Of a DNA stretch of 64,000 nucleotides, positions 23,318 through 33,511 are shown in pieces. The translations under genes were made by a program, and so were the position numbers. Under the pieces are notes generated by a model that saw only the letters and a program-made list of their open reading frames with translations, ran no database searches and was not told the origin of the DNA. Each line of letters begins with the position of its first letter. Within the stretch, counting starts at the first letter, position 1. Source of the DNA: Candidatus Algichlamydia australiensis (GTDB lineage Bacteria > Chlamydiota > Chlamydiia > Chlamydiales > JAJFMI01); contig JAXCHI010000002.1 of the NCBI GenBank assembly GCA_033977065.1, positions 320,001 through 384,000 of the forward strand, written 5' to 3'.

Positions 23318-25777
23318 ATGTCCTACACAAAAGGCGAAGAAATATTAGACCGCAATGTTGAAGAAGAGGTGAAGGAGAGCTATATCCGCTACTCCATGTC
23401 TGTGATTATTTCACGGGCCCTGCCCGATGTGCGCGACGGGTTAAAACCCTCCCAGCGCCGTATCCTCTACGCCATGCGCCAACTCAATCTCTCTCCTGGA
23501 GCTAAGCACAGAAAGTGCGCAAAAATATCTGGAGATACATCAGGGGACTTTCACCCGCATGGGGAGACGGTCATCTACCCAACGCTTGTGCGAATGGCGC
23601 AAGAGTGGGTGATGCGCTATCCACTTGTGGATGGACAAGGAAACTTTGGATCTGTTGATGGCGATCCGCCAGCTGCGATGCGTTATACAGAAGCGCGTCT
23701 AACGCACCCCTGCATGGCCTTAATGGAGGATCTTGACAAAGAGACTGTTGACTTTGTTCCTAACTACGACGAAACCAAAAAAGAGCCGACCGTTCTCCCT
23801 GCAAAATTCCCAAACCTGCTCTGCAACGGCTCATCAGGTATTGCTGTCGGAATGGCAACCAATATCCCGCCACACAACTTGGGTGAATTGATTCTTGCAG
23901 CCAACCTGCTTCTTGATGATCCAGCGACAACCATCGACCAGATCATGCAAGTGATGCCAGCACCTGACTTCCCATCAGGTGGGGTGATCTGCGGTTATCG
24001 CGGGATCAAAGAAGCCTTCCATACAGGACGTGGAAAAATTATCTTACGTGGACTCATTGAAGTCGAAGATATGCAGCAGGCTGATCGCCAGCGCATCATT
24101 ATCAATGAAATTCCTTACAACGTAAACAAGTCGCGACTCATTGAAAAAATAGCCGACCTGATTAACGACAAAGCCATCACAGGAATTGCCGACCTGCGCG
24201 ATGAGTCGGACAAAGATGGCATGCGCATTGCACTTGATCTGAAACGCGGTGAGATCCCCGACGTGATTGCCAACCAGCTCTACAAATATACCGATATGCA
24301 GGTTACCTTCGGCTGCAACATGCTTGCGCTAGATAAAGGTCTACCGCGCGTGATGAACGTCAAGCAGATGTTGCAATCGTGGATCGATCACCGCATTGAA
24401 GTCATCCGCCGCCGCACACGCTATGAGCTTGCTAAAGCCGAAGCGCGCGCTCATATCTTAGAAGGTTACCTTAAAGCGCTTGATAACCTCGATGAGCTTG
24501 TCAAAATGATCCGCGCCTCTGCGAACCGTGACGAGGCAAAACGCGGGATTATCGCCCGCTTTGAGTTTACCGATCGCCAGGCCAACGCTGTCCTCGACTT
24601 AAAACTCTATCAACTTACCGGACTTGAACTTGATAAGATCCAAGCTGAGTACGATGAACTCCAAAAGAAAATTGCGCATTACCGCAAAATTTTGGCTAGC
24701 GAGCAGATGGTACGCGACATCATTAAAGATGAACTTGAAGCTCTAAAAAAGCATGCGAAGTCTGACCGCCGCACAAAAATCATTGCGGCAGAAGGCGAGT
24801 TCAATATGGAAGACCTCATTGCTGATGAGCAGGTGATCATCACCATCTCTGGCGATGACTATGTCAAACGCATGCCAGTCAACACCTTCCGTGAACAGCG
24901 TCGTGGAGGCCAAGGCGTTGTCGGCATTGAGATGCGCAAAGACTCTGACTCATTAAAAGATGTCTATACTGCTTCAACACACGACCATCTTCTTGTCTTT
25001 ACAAACTTTGGTCGCTGCTACCAGCTGAAAGTTTGGGAGATCCCAGAATCGGGTCGTCGTTCTAAAGGAAAGGCACTTGTCAACCTTCTTGAAGGCATTT
25101 CAAAAGATGAAAAAATTGCTGCAGTAATGCGTGTGAAAAACTTCGAAGATCAAGCTTGTATCCTTCTTGCAACAGCAAACGGTGTGGTCAAGAAGACAGA
25201 GCTTTCCGCTTTCAGCAACCAGCGCAAAAAAGGCGTCTTTGCCATCAACATTGATGAGGGAGATGAAGTGATTGCTGCTCGTCTTGTGCTAGATGAACAA
25301 GAGGTAATGCTCTTTACCAAGGCAGGAATGGCTGTACGCTTTAACCAAGAAGATGTGCGTGCAATGGGCCGCATGGCGCGTGGAGTGCGTGGTGTCTCCT
25401 TAAAAGATAAAGCAGATGGTGTTATTTCTTGCGAAATTGTTACAGGCAATGAAACACTTCTTATTGTTTGTGAAAACGGATTTGGAAAACGCTCAAATGT
25501 TGACCAGTTCCGCAAAACAAAACGCGGGGGAGTGGGTGTTCGCTCTATCATCACAAGCCGTCGCAACGGTGACGTGGTTGGTGCGATCTCAGTTGGCGAT
25601 CGCGATAGCGTACTTGTCATGTCAAATTCAGGGCAGACAATCCGCATGCGCATGAAAGATGTGCGTGTGATGGGACGCTCCACACAAGGCGTCTGCTTAG
25701 TCAACCTCAAAGGCAAAGAAGACTCCATTGTTGGCCTGCAGAAACTGGAAGACATTGAAAAAGAGGAAGAGGCTTGA
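23318..25777 (+). CDS. gyrA: DNA gyrase subunit A
   Basis: Motifs RALPDVRDGLKP, HPHGE, AAMRYTE and GyrA-box QRRGGQG. Confidence 0.98.
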   Translation: MSYTKGEEILDRNVEEEVKESYIRYSMSVIISRALPDVRDGLKPSQRRILYAMRQLNLSPGAKHRKCAKISGDTSGDFHPHGETVIYPTLVRMAQEWVMRYPLVDGQGNFGSVDGDPPAAMRYTEARLTHPCMALMEDLDKETVDFVPNYDETKKEPTVLPAKFPNLLCNGSSGIAVGMATNIPPHNLGELILAANLLLDDPATTIDQIMQVMPAPDFPSGGVICGYRGIKEAFHTGRGKIILRGLIEVEDMQQADRQRIIINEIPYNVNKSRLIEKIADLINDKAITGIADLRDESDKDGMRIALDLKRGEIPDVIANQLYKYTDMQVTFGCNMLALDKGLPRVMNVKQMLQSWIDHRIEVIRRRTRYELAKAEARAHILEGYLKALDNLDELVKMIRASANRDEAKRGIIARFEFTDRQANAVLDLKLYQLTGLELDKIQAEYDELQKKIAHYRKILASEQMVRDIIKDELEALKKHAKSDRRTKIIAAEGEFNMEDLIADEQVIITISGDDYVKRMPVNTFREQRRGGQGVVGIEMRKDSDSLKDVYTASTHDHLLVFTNFGRCYQLKVWEIPESGRRSKGKALVNLLEGISKDEKIAAVMRVKNFEDQACILLATANGVVKKTELSAFSNQRKKGVFAINIDEGDEVIAARLVLDEQEVMLFTKAGMAVRFNQEDVRAMGRMARGVRGVSLKDKADGVISCEIVTGNETLLIVCENGFGKRSNVDQFRKTKRGGVGVRSIITSRRNGDVVGAISVGDRDSVLVMSNSGQTIRMRMKDVRVMGRSTQGVCLVNLKGKEDSIVGLQKLEDIEKEEEA

Positions 25778-26421
25778 AGCTACCCGGACTCTTCATTACC
25801 TTTGAAGGGGGAGAGGGGGCTGGCAAGAGCACCTTGATAGAGCACCTTGCTGAAAAACTGCGTACTGATGGTCATGAAATCATCCAAACACGTGAACCTG
25901 GAGGCTGCTCGCTTTCGAACCGCATCCGCGATCTGCTCAACCATAAAGAGAGCTTCATCTCTGCCAAAACGGAACTCCTTCTCTTTCTTGCTTCACGAGC
26001 GCAACACGTTGAAGAAGTGATCGAGCCGGCACTTAGAGCTGGCAAAATGGTTCTTTGCGATCGCTTTAATGACTCTACGCTCGCGTATCAAGGTGTCGCG
26101 CGCAGCATCGATTTAAAACTCGTAAAAGAGTTGTGCGACTTTGTCTCCCTCCATATTGAACCCGATCTTACCCTTTTTCTTGATATTGATCCTGAAGAGG
26201 GGCTGCGTCGCATCAAAAGTCGCCAAGATGATCATACTCCTCTTGAAAACCTCGACAATGAAGGTCTAGACTTTCATACAGACGTGCGCAAAGCCTACCT
26301 CTCTATGATCCAGGAAAATCCGAAACGCATGCGCCGCGTTGATGCTTCGCTTACTCCGAGCGAAGTTTGCCGCCTTGCCTACAAAGAGATCACCAGCTAT
26401 GTCGCAAATACTCGGGCATGA
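25774..26421 (+). CDS. tmk: Thymidylate kinase
   Basis: Motifs FITFEGGEGAGKST, TREPGG and CDRFNDSTLAYQG. Confidence 0.96.
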   Translation: MKLPGLFITFEGGEGAGKSTLIEHLAEKLRTDGHEIIQTREPGGCSLSNRIRDLLNHKESFISAKTELLLFLASRAQHVEEVIEPALRAGKMVLCDRFNDSTLAYQGVARSIDLKLVKELCDFVSLHIEPDLTLFLDIDPEEGLRRIKSRQDDHTPLENLDNEGLDFHTDVRKAYLSMIQENPKRMRRVDASLTPSEVCRLAYKEITSYVANTRA

Positions 26422-27220
26422 AAAAGAGCGCAAAGCTCTCGATCGACTCCTCGCAACAGAACGCCTCCCTGCAACCCTTCTTTTTCACGGCCTAGACGGT
26501 ATCGGCAAAAAACTCATTGCACAAGATTTTGCGCAAAAACTCTCCTCAAACGAAGACATTCGTACCTTTGCTCCCGAAGCCAAATCAGGTTATCTCATTG
26601 AAACGATCAAACGCATCATTACTGAGGCAATGCAAAACCCCTACAATGCTCCTTGCAGAATCCTTATTCTTGATGATGCGCACAAAATGCTGCCTGCTCA
26701 CGCAAACGCTCTACTCAAGACCCTAGAAGAACCACTCCCCACAACGAACTTTATCCTCATCACCGATCAACCACAAAAACTTCTTCCTACTATCTGCTCT
26801 CGTAGTTTTGCCCTAAAATTTCAGCCTCTGCCTAACCTACCCAAGCTCGCCTGCGGTTCCCTCGGTCGTCAAAAACGCCTCGAGCAAAACGACCTTTACA
26901 CGCGCTTTCTCTCCTGGATCATGGCACCCGACTTTTGCGCCTCTCAAGAAGCGCTTGCGACTTTTGAAGAGACTGAGCTTCCTGACATCCTCCACCTCTA
27001 TCTTCTTTGGATTCGCGATCTGGAACACTTGAAACTGGGCGGAAACAACCTGCACTTTGATGCTGACCTCATCACACCCTACAAAGAACAAAACTATCCC
27101 AGCTACGAGATAGCCCTCAAACAAGTAGAAAAAGTAGAAGACGCGCTGCTCTACAACGTCAAATGGCAAGCGTTACTTGGTGCACTCCGGGAAACCCACA
27201 GCAACGCGGTAAATCTCTAA
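26399..27220 (+). CDS. holB: DNA polymerase III delta' subunit
   Basis: Motifs ANALLKTLEEP and LLPTICSR; follows tmk. Confidence 0.88.
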   Translation: MSQILGHEKERKALDRLLATERLPATLLFHGLDGIGKKLIAQDFAQKLSSNEDIRTFAPEAKSGYLIETIKRIITEAMQNPYNAPCRILILDDAHKMLPAHANALLKTLEEPLPTTNFILITDQPQKLLPTICSRSFALKFQPLPNLPKLACGSLGRQKRLEQNDLYTRFLSWIMAPDFCASQEALATFEETELPDILHLYLLWIRDLEHLKLGGNNLHFDADLITPYKEQNYPSYEIALKQVEKVEDALLYNVKWQALLGALRETHSNAVNL

Positions 27221-27754
27221 TAAATGGTCCACGCCATTCATAGCTCTGTGAGGATGTTCCTCACTTCCCAGACCCAGAAATTTGGCAATCTTGTCTTTTG
27301 TAAACCCCGTTTTCCAAGGCAAATGCTCACCCTTTTGTAGTTGCAAAGCCCAAAACATAGAAGCCATATCAAGCCAGTGATAGGGCCAACCATTTTGTTC
27401 TTGCACATCAACGTCAATAATTGAAGAGAAAAAAACACGATCAAAAGAGGGGTTTTGGCAGATAAAAACGCTGCTGCCGCGTTTGATCCCTTGCGCCTTA
27501 AAATCAAGAATGACCTCTTTTGCAATCTCATCCGCGCTTATACCATGCGTTACATCTTCCCAAGTAAACCCATTCACATCTAAACTCTCGGGATCACTCT
27601 GCTTCCACTCATCATGAGTAATCTTGCGCAGAGAGGAGAATTGGCTTAAACACTCTCCGCTGTTTAAATCCACAATCTTGTACGCGAGCTCGATAAGACG
27701 ATGCTGACGAAAATTTAAACCATTCGTTTCTGTATCTAGAAAAATGCCCTTCAT
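27173..27754 (-). CDS. DEDD-family 3'-5' exonuclease
   Basis: Motifs FLDTETNG, QNPSFDRVF and HRAMNG. Confidence 0.8.
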   Translation of the reverse strand: MKGIFLDTETNGLNFRQHRLIELAYKIVDLNSGECLSQFSSLRKITHDEWKQSDPESLDVNGFTWEDVTHGISADEIAKEVILDFKAQGIKRGSSVFICQNPSFDRVFFSSIIDVDVQEQNGWPYHWLDMASMFWALQLQKGEHLPWKTGFTKDKIAKFLGLGSEEHPHRAMNGVDHLLEIYRVAVGFPECTK

Positions 27755-27821
27755 CAAAAAATTAGCATGTAAAATGAAACTTTATGTTAACAAATAGGAA
27801 GACGGTTGACAAGGACTAACG

Positions 27822-28280
27822 ATGGATATTGGACTAAAAAAAGAGGATTGCAAAACGATTTGCACCATATTAAATACAACACTTGCTACTACATACGCTA
27901 TCTATCTCAAAACACAATTTTTTCATTGGAATGTTACTGGAAAAGAGTTCTATGCGCTGCACGTCTTATTTCAAAAACAGTATGAAGAGATGGCCGAAGC
28001 GATTGATGAAGTTGCTGAGCGCGTTCGCGCACTTGGAGAATATCCTCCAGGATCTTTTTCTTCTTTTGCTAAACTTTCACAAATTCAAGAAGAAAGTCTA
28101 GCGCCCTCTTCAGATAAGATGCTTCAAATTCTCACAACAGATCATCAAACTCTTATCTGCTATCTGCGCAAACATCTGTCTCAAATAGAAGATCTGCAAG
28201 ATGGCGCAACAGCTGATTTGATCAATAAGCGCCTTGCTATACATGAGAAGGCGGCATGGATGCTTCGTTCAAGTATTTAA
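27822..28280 (+). CDS. dps: Dps/ferritin-like DNA protection protein
   Basis: Motifs HWNVTGKEFYALH, DEVAERVRALG and HEKAAWML. Confidence 0.95.
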   Translation: MDIGLKKEDCKTICTILNTTLATTYAIYLKTQFFHWNVTGKEFYALHVLFQKQYEEMAEAIDEVAERVRALGEYPPGSFSSFAKLSQIQEESLAPSSDKMLQILTTDHQTLICYLRKHLSQIEDLQDGATADLINKRLAIHEKAAWMLRSSI

Positions 28281-28407
28281 ATTTTTAAGCTCTTTTCTTT
28301 ATTTTTCTTTTACAAAAAATTCACTTCATCTATAAGTGTCATCTACATAACAGTTGGTGCGTACTTTTCTGAAAGGGCGCATCAAAAAAAAGATGAGGTA
28401 ATTAAAG

Positions 28408-29337
28408 ATGGCAACAGAAGTAGCAAGAAGAGTAGCAAATGAAGCAATGGAAATGTGCTCTGCAGGGGTTGGTAGAGTAGATTTATTAAAGGATCCCAAA
28501 TTAAAAGATGCAGTATTGGTAATTACAACAATTGCCTCTGCAACATTTTTTGCAATTTCAATTTACAAAATCTTTACTACTTGGGGACAAAAACAAAAAA
28601 TTTCTGATCTTAATGCTGAAGTAAAAGGTCTAAAAGACAACGTAGAAGAAAAAGGCAAAGAGGTAAGTGAGCTACAAAAAGATAAAGCTGACATGCAGAG
28701 AACCGTCGATACTAAAACAGAAGAAATTAGAAAACTTCGATTGCAGGTAGATGATGTACAAGAAAAGTTAGCTGGAGCTGAATCTGAACTTGCTAAAGAC
28801 AATGAACGAATAGCAAAAATTGCTATGGAAAGCGCTAAAAATGTGCTTTACCTACAAAACCAAGAAGAATGCTTTGATGAAGAAAGTTCAACAATTACAG
28901 TTGAAGCAGGATCAGAGGCCGCTCTTCAAGAATACCTGAATGGTACTCCTGCAAAGGAAGAAGAAACGAGCGCAAAGCCAGCAGCAGCAGAAGAAAGCGC
29001 GGAGCCAAAGGCAGCGGAAGAAAGCGCGGAGCCAAAGGCAGCGGAAGAAAGCGCGGAGCCAAAGGCAGCGGAAGAAAGCGCGGAGCCAAAGGCAGCGGAA
29101 GAAAGCGCGGAGCCAAAGGCAGCGGAAGAAAGCGCGGAGCCAAAGGCAGCGGAAGAAAGCGCGGAGCCAAAGGCAGCGGAAGAAAGCGCGGAGCCAAAGG
29201 CAGCGGAAGAAAGCGCGGAGCCAAAGGCAGCGGAAGAAAGCGCGGAGCCAAAGGCAGCGGAAGCAAACGCGGAGCCAAAGGCAGCGGAAGCAAACGCGGA
29301 GCCAGCAGCAACGGAAGACACTGAAGAAGAAAAGTGA
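28408..29337 (+). CDS. Membrane-anchored coiled-coil protein with a C-terminal 9-aa tandem repeat
   Basis: GAGG RBS, one TM segment, a heptad-rich region, then (AAEESAEPK)n. Confidence 0.8.
   Translation: MATEVARRVANEAMEMCSAGVGRVDLLKDPKLKDAVLVITTIASATFFAISIYKIFTTWGQKQKISDLNAEVKGLKDNVEEKGKEVSELQKDKADMQRTVDTKTEEIRKLRLQVDDVQEKLAGAESELAKDNERIAKIAMESAKNVLYLQNQEECFDEESSTITVEAGSEAALQEYLNGTPAKEEETSAKPAAAEESAEPKAAEESAEPKAAEESAEPKAAEESAEPKAAEESAEPKAAEESAEPKAAEESAEPKAAEESAEPKAAEESAEPKAAEESAEPKAAEANAEPKAAEANAEPAATEDTEEEK
28984..29304 (+). repeat. 27-bp in-frame tandem repeat, about 12 units
   Basis: Ten copies of gcagcggaagaaagcgcggagccaaag (the first with one synonymous change), plus two EANAEP variants. 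Confidence 0.97.
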
Positions 29338-29395
29338 GGTTAGTAAAAAGTGGCCTCTTTGCTGTGCCTGAGAATTGCTTTTAGGTGCTGTAATC

Positions 29396-29437
29396 AAAAG
29401 TCCATGGAGAAAGTTCTCTGTGGGCTTTTTTTGTTTT
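29396..29437 (+). terminator. Rho-independent terminator
   Basis: aaagtccatggaga-aagt-tctctgtgggcttt followed by a T-run. Confidence 0.65.
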
Positions 29438-29526
29438 CAGATCGAGGTTTAGTCCTTTACAGTTTGTTTTAGTTTTTGATAAACTTATCCTTTCTTTAAT
29501 AACAATTAGAAAATTTAAGGATAATA

Positions 29527-30309
29527 ATGAATACATCATCTATTGGTAGCAGCGATTCTTCACAAACTATCTCCTGGTATTCTGCAGCGATCGGCGCTGC
29601 AAGCACTATTAGCGTATTTGCTATCGGCTATTTAGTTTTACGTAATTATAGCTGGAAAGGCGGTTATGTTAACCCTCTTCAAAAAACAGTCACGAGTTTA
29701 ACAAATAAATCACAAGAACAAGAAGAACATCTTGATAAGCTAAAAATACAAATTAAAAATCTAAGAAACGAACTAGATAAAAAAGCTAGGCATTTAACGG
29801 ATATTAGTGCTGAAAGAGATTGTTATTTGAAGCAAATTCATGAATATCTTGATACGGATGATGTTGAAACGAATCTTTTGAACCAAGTTAGCGAGTTTAT
29901 AGAATCTGAGGAGATAGAGTCTGAGGAGATAGAGTCTGAGGAGTCGGATTTGATGTTAGAGAACTCGGCTAAAATTCAACAGAAAGATATGCGACTTCTA
30001 TTTTTTTATACAATGATGCATCAACAACTAAAACTAGTAAGCGAAGGAGATAGTTCAGATATAGAAGATTTAATAAATCAAGTCGATACTCTTTTAAGCT
30101 TAATAGAAAAGTTTACTGAATTTGATGATTCAAGAGTTGAAAGTGCTCTAATAGAAATTTCAAACCAAAATATTTCATACAACGAAGCACTTAAAGAGCT
30201 GTCTGAATTAATTAAATCATTCAGAGAACCTGAAAAGAAACATGGGAAGGAAAAAAGGGAAATACTGAATAGGGAAGCCGAAATTGAGGAAATACTCTCA
30301 TATAGCTAA
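29527..30309 (+). CDS. Membrane-anchored coiled-coil protein
   Basis: Ser-rich N-terminus, one TM segment, coiled coil, and three IESEE (15-bp) repeats near 29899-29943. Confidence 0.7.
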   Translation: MNTSSIGSSDSSQTISWYSAAIGAASTISVFAIGYLVLRNYSWKGGYVNPLQKTVTSLTNKSQEQEEHLDKLKIQIKNLRNELDKKARHLTDISAERDCYLKQIHEYLDTDDVETNLLNQVSEFIESEEIESEEIESEESDLMLENSAKIQQKDMRLLFFYTMMHQQLKLVSEGDSSDIEDLINQVDTLLSLIEKFTEFDDSRVESALIEISNQNISYNEALKELSELIKSFREPEKKHGKEKREILNREAEIEEILSYS

Positions 30310-30382
30310 TTGGCATTGATTGAATTCAATTATTTAGTTAGTATGTCGTCTTAACTCTCCATTGTGCTATCATGGAATGATT

Positions 30383-30784
30383 ATGGCGATTACCAGAGAG
30401 AAATTCAGAGAAGCGCTCTTTCAAGCGCTTTTTGCTTTAGATCACGATCCTGATGGTGAGGTTATCCCTATCTTGATGCGTCAAGTTAAAATTTCAAAGT
30501 CGGCTGCTCGTGAAGTACAAGAGCGAGCGATTGAGGTTTTGGCGAAAAAAGAGGAGCTCGATGAGAAGATTTCAAGTGTTTCTGAAGGGTACAGTTTAGA
30601 GCGGATTACTCAGGCTGAGCGCAATATCATGCGACTGGGTCTTTTTGAAATTTTATTTGACGAAGAGATTCCCGGCCCTGTTTCCATTTCTGAGGCGATT
30701 CGTTTGACACGAAAATTTGGTTCGCGCGATAGTGCGAAGTTCGTGAACGCAATATTAGACAAAATTTATGTCTCCATTTCTTGA
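30383..30784 (+). CDS. nusB: Transcription antitermination factor NusB
   Basis: Motifs REALFQALF, ERNIMRLG and EAIRLTRKFG..SAKFVNAILD. Confidence 0.93.
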   Translation: MAITREKFREALFQALFALDHDPDGEVIPILMRQVKISKSAAREVQERAIEVLAKKEELDEKISSVSEGYSLERITQAERNIMRLGLFEILFDEEIPGPVSISEAIRLTRKFGSRDSAKFVNAILDKIYVSIS

Positions 30785-31625
30785 ATATGTCTCTTTAGCA
30801 AAATTTACTACTTTCGGTATTGGGGGGCCTGCGCGTTTTTTTGCGGAGGTAGTCACCATTGAGCAGATGCAAGAGGTTTTACGGGCAGCAGGAGAGTTGC
30901 CCCTTTTTATTTTAGGAAATGGTTCCAATCTTCTTTTTGACGATCGCGGTTTTGACGGTCTTGTGATTCATAATAAAATTCAATTTTGTAATCGAGATGG
31001 CGGGCGTTTTCACGTAGGTGCAGGCTACAATTTTTCTCTTTTGGGTTCACAGACGTCTCGACTGGGATTTGGTGGTTTGGAATTTGCTTCGGGGATCCCA
31101 GGGAGTGTTGGCGGTGCGGTTTGTATGAATGCAGGAGCTAATGGTGCAGAGACAAAAGACTCTCTTGAGAGTGTAGGTTTTGTTGATAGACAGGGGAATT
31201 TTCAAGAGTTTTTGCGAAAAGATTTGGAGTTTTCTTACCGCACTTCTCCTTTTCAAAAGAAGGAGGGAGCGATTGTTTCAGCCATTTTTTCTTTGGAAAA
31301 GGTGGAAGGAGCACGAGAAAAGAGAGTGAAGATTGTGCGCTATCGTCAGGAGACGCAGCCGTATGGAGAAAAGTCTGCTGGCTGTATTTTTCGCAATCCT
31401 GAGAATAGCAGTGCAGGCGCCTTGATTGAGGAGGCGGGTTTGAAGGGTGTCCAGGTAGGGGGGGCAGTGGTTTCAGAAAAGCATGCAAATTTTATTGTAA
31501 ACCCTGAAGGTAAAGCGAAGGCTAAAGATGTTTTGCGTTTGATGGAGCTTGTGCAATTTCAGGTAAAGGAGAAGACGGGTAAGAAATTAGAATTTGAGGT
31601 GCGCTATGTCGGATTTTCGCGCTGA
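30768..31625 (+). CDS. murB: UDP-N-acetylenolpyruvoylglucosamine reductase
   Basis: Motifs TTFGIGGPA, GNGSNLLF, GIPGSVGGAVCMNAGA, SAGCIFRNP and SEKHANF. Confidence 0.96.
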   Translation: MSPFLEYVSLAKFTTFGIGGPARFFAEVVTIEQMQEVLRAAGELPLFILGNGSNLLFDDRGFDGLVIHNKIQFCNRDGGRFHVGAGYNFSLLGSQTSRLGFGGLEFASGIPGSVGGAVCMNAGANGAETKDSLESVGFVDRQGNFQEFLRKDLEFSYRTSPFQKKEGAIVSAIFSLEKVEGAREKRVKIVRYRQETQPYGEKSAGCIFRNPENSSAGALIEEAGLKGVQVGGAVVSEKHANFIVNPEGKAKAKDVLRLMELVQFQVKEKTGKKLEFEVRYVGFSR

Positions 31626-32418
31626 TTTGCACTGTCATTCAAACTGTTCTGATGGGACAGACTCCCCGATAGAACTGTTGCACTTGGCAAAAAAAGAGGG
31701 GCTAAGCGGGCTTTCAATCACTGATCACGATACGCTTGCTGCCTATACAAAAGAGTTTTTTTCCGAGGCAAAAAAACTGGAGCTTGAGATTTTAGTGGGG
31801 GTCGAATTTTCGGCTGATCATCGCGGTCATAGTGTCCATATTTTAGGGTATGGTGTTGACCCAGAATCTGAAGCGATGCAGAAATTGCAAAAACACCACT
31901 TGATGCGCCGAGCTAAGCGCAATCAAGCGATTTTAGATAAGCTTGCAAAAAAGGGATTTCCGATTGATCCCTTGCCAAAAGAGGGTGTTGTGGGCAGGCC
32001 GCATATTGCCCAAAAGATGGTAGAAAAGGGCTATGTCAAAGATATTAGCGAAGCTTTTCAAAATTATTTAGGTGATGGAAAATCGTGCTATATTGTTCTC
32101 GATCCCGTTTCTGTAGAGAAGACTGTTGCAGCAATTCATGAGGCGGGAGGCAAGGCGTTTATTGCCCATCCCCACCTTCATTCGTCAGCAAAATTTGTAA
32201 AAGAGCTACTAAAATTTCCATTTGATGGGTTAGAATGTTATTATGGAAATTTTTTTCCTCACCATGAGAGAAGATGGCTTCAGTTAGCTGAAAGCAAAAA
32301 TTTACTTGTGAGTGGAGGCTCCGATTACCATGGAGCGATTAAGCCAAGAAGCAGCTTAGGTTCTTCTTGGGTAGATAATGCGACTTTTGTTAAAATAAGA
32401 CCCCATGAATTTTATTGA
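31606..32418 (+). CDS. PHP-family phosphoesterase (TrpH/YciV-like)
   Basis: Motifs DLHCHSNCSDG, ITDHD, GRPHIA, AHP and GGSDYHG. Confidence 0.92.
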   Translation: MSDFRADLHCHSNCSDGTDSPIELLHLAKKEGLSGLSITDHDTLAAYTKEFFSEAKKLELEILVGVEFSADHRGHSVHILGYGVDPESEAMQKLQKHHLMRRAKRNQAILDKLAKKGFPIDPLPKEGVVGRPHIAQKMVEKGYVKDISEAFQNYLGDGKSCYIVLDPVSVEKTVAAIHEAGGKAFIAHPHLHSSAKFVKELLKFPFDGLECYYGNFFPHHERRWLQLAESKNLLVSGGSDYHGAIKPRSSLGSSWVDNATFVKIRPHEFY

Positions 32419-33511
32419 GAAATTGAGTCAATTGAGGCGCGGTCGTATGAATGGTCGTAGTCTAGAAGTTAGCCATAAATTTAAAGAATTTCTTTGCAGC
32501 CCTGATCGCGCTTATCCAATTGTGCACATTGCTGGTAGCAATGGAAAAGGCTCAGTTGCCATTAAAATAGCGCGTGCTTTGGAGCATGCAGGCTACCGGG
32601 TAGGGCTCTTTACTTCTCCCCATACACATACTTATTTTGAACGAATTCGTATCAATGGAGAGATGATTTCAGAGAAAGAAGTAGAAGAGATTGGGCAAAA
32701 ACTCCTTGATTACGCCGAAGTAAATTATTTAGAACCAACTTTTTTTGAGACGACAACTTGGATTGCTATGGAGTATTTTCGCAAAAACCAAGTCGAAATC
32801 GCAATTATTGAAGCGGGTCTTGGGGGACGATTGGACAGCACCAATGCGATTGATAAACGGCTGCTCTCTGTTATCCCTTCAATTAGCCTTGAACATAAGG
32901 AAGTTTTGGGAAATAGCATTGAAGAAATTGCGAAAGAGAAAGCGGGAATCATTCGTAATAATGATGTAGTTTTAGGACCTAGCGCTAATTGCGAGGAAAT
33001 TCTTGAAGTGGCAAAAATTCATGGAGCCACTGTCCACATTGCAGAAGAGGGGCTGCACTATGAGATCGAAAATCAAAATGTAGCAAGAAAGAGCTTAGAA
33101 CTTATGCGGAAGCACTTTACTATTCCTTCTCAGGCAATTAACCAGGGATTACTTGCAAAAATGCCGGGGCGATTTGAGCTCCTTGAGCCCGATATCCTTT
33201 GCGATGCGGCGCATAATCCTGCGGGCTTGCGCGCACTACTACATCTTCTTGAAATGGCTTATCCAAGTAGAAACTTTCGTTTTGGAATTGCCCTTTCAAA
33301 TCACAAAGATCATGATGCTTTTTTACAATTACTTGAAGAATCAGAAATCCCTTACCACTGGCTCGAAGTAGAACATGAGCGATTGCAAAGGGCAGAAAAA
33401 CAGATCAGTTTTCAGAAACTAAAAGAGCTCGCCCGGAGGAAGGGCGAGCTCTTGGTTTTATGCGGTAGCATATATTTAAGAGGAGCGATCAAGCAAACTT
33501 CGCTTGTATAA
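32405..33511 (+). CDS. folC: Folylpolyglutamate/dihydrofolate synthase
   Basis: Motifs HIAGSNGKGS, TSPH, EAGLGGRLDSTN and DAAHNPAG. Confidence 0.93.
   Translation: MNFIEKLSQLRRGRMNGRSLEVSHKFKEFLCSPDRAYPIVHIAGSNGKGSVAIKIARALEHAGYRVGLFTSPHTHTYFERIRINGEMISEKEVEEIGQKLLDYAEVNYLEPTFFETTTWIAMEYFRKNQVEIAIIEAGLGGRLDSTNAIDKRLLSVIPSISLEHKEVLGNSIEEIAKEKAGIIRNNDVVLGPSANCEEILEVAKIHGATVHIAEEGLHYEIENQNVARKSLELMRKHFTIPSQAINQGLLAKMPGRFELLEPDILCDAAHNPAGLRALLHLLEMAYPSRNFRFGIALSNHKDHDAFLQLLEESEIPYHWLEVEHERLQRAEKQISFQKLKELARRKGELLVLCGSIYLRGAIKQTSLV

Noticed and set aside
25150..25755. 201-aa minus-strand ORF, and similar ORFs opposite typA, yidC and the Pat-like gene
   Set aside because: They are antisense shadows of conserved genes.
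28895..29397. Four alternative-frame repeat ORFs (LPLPLAPRF, FFRCLWLRA, SSAAFGSAL, RQRKKARSQ)
   Set aside because: The 27-bp unit has no stop in these frames. Only 28408-29337 has an RBS and a non-repetitive N-terminus.
26400..32400. Apparent local switch from C-rich (holB) to G/T-rich (nusB-murB) plus strand
   Set aside because: This is only a visual impression. It needs a computed GC-skew profile before any replication or rearrangement claim can be made.
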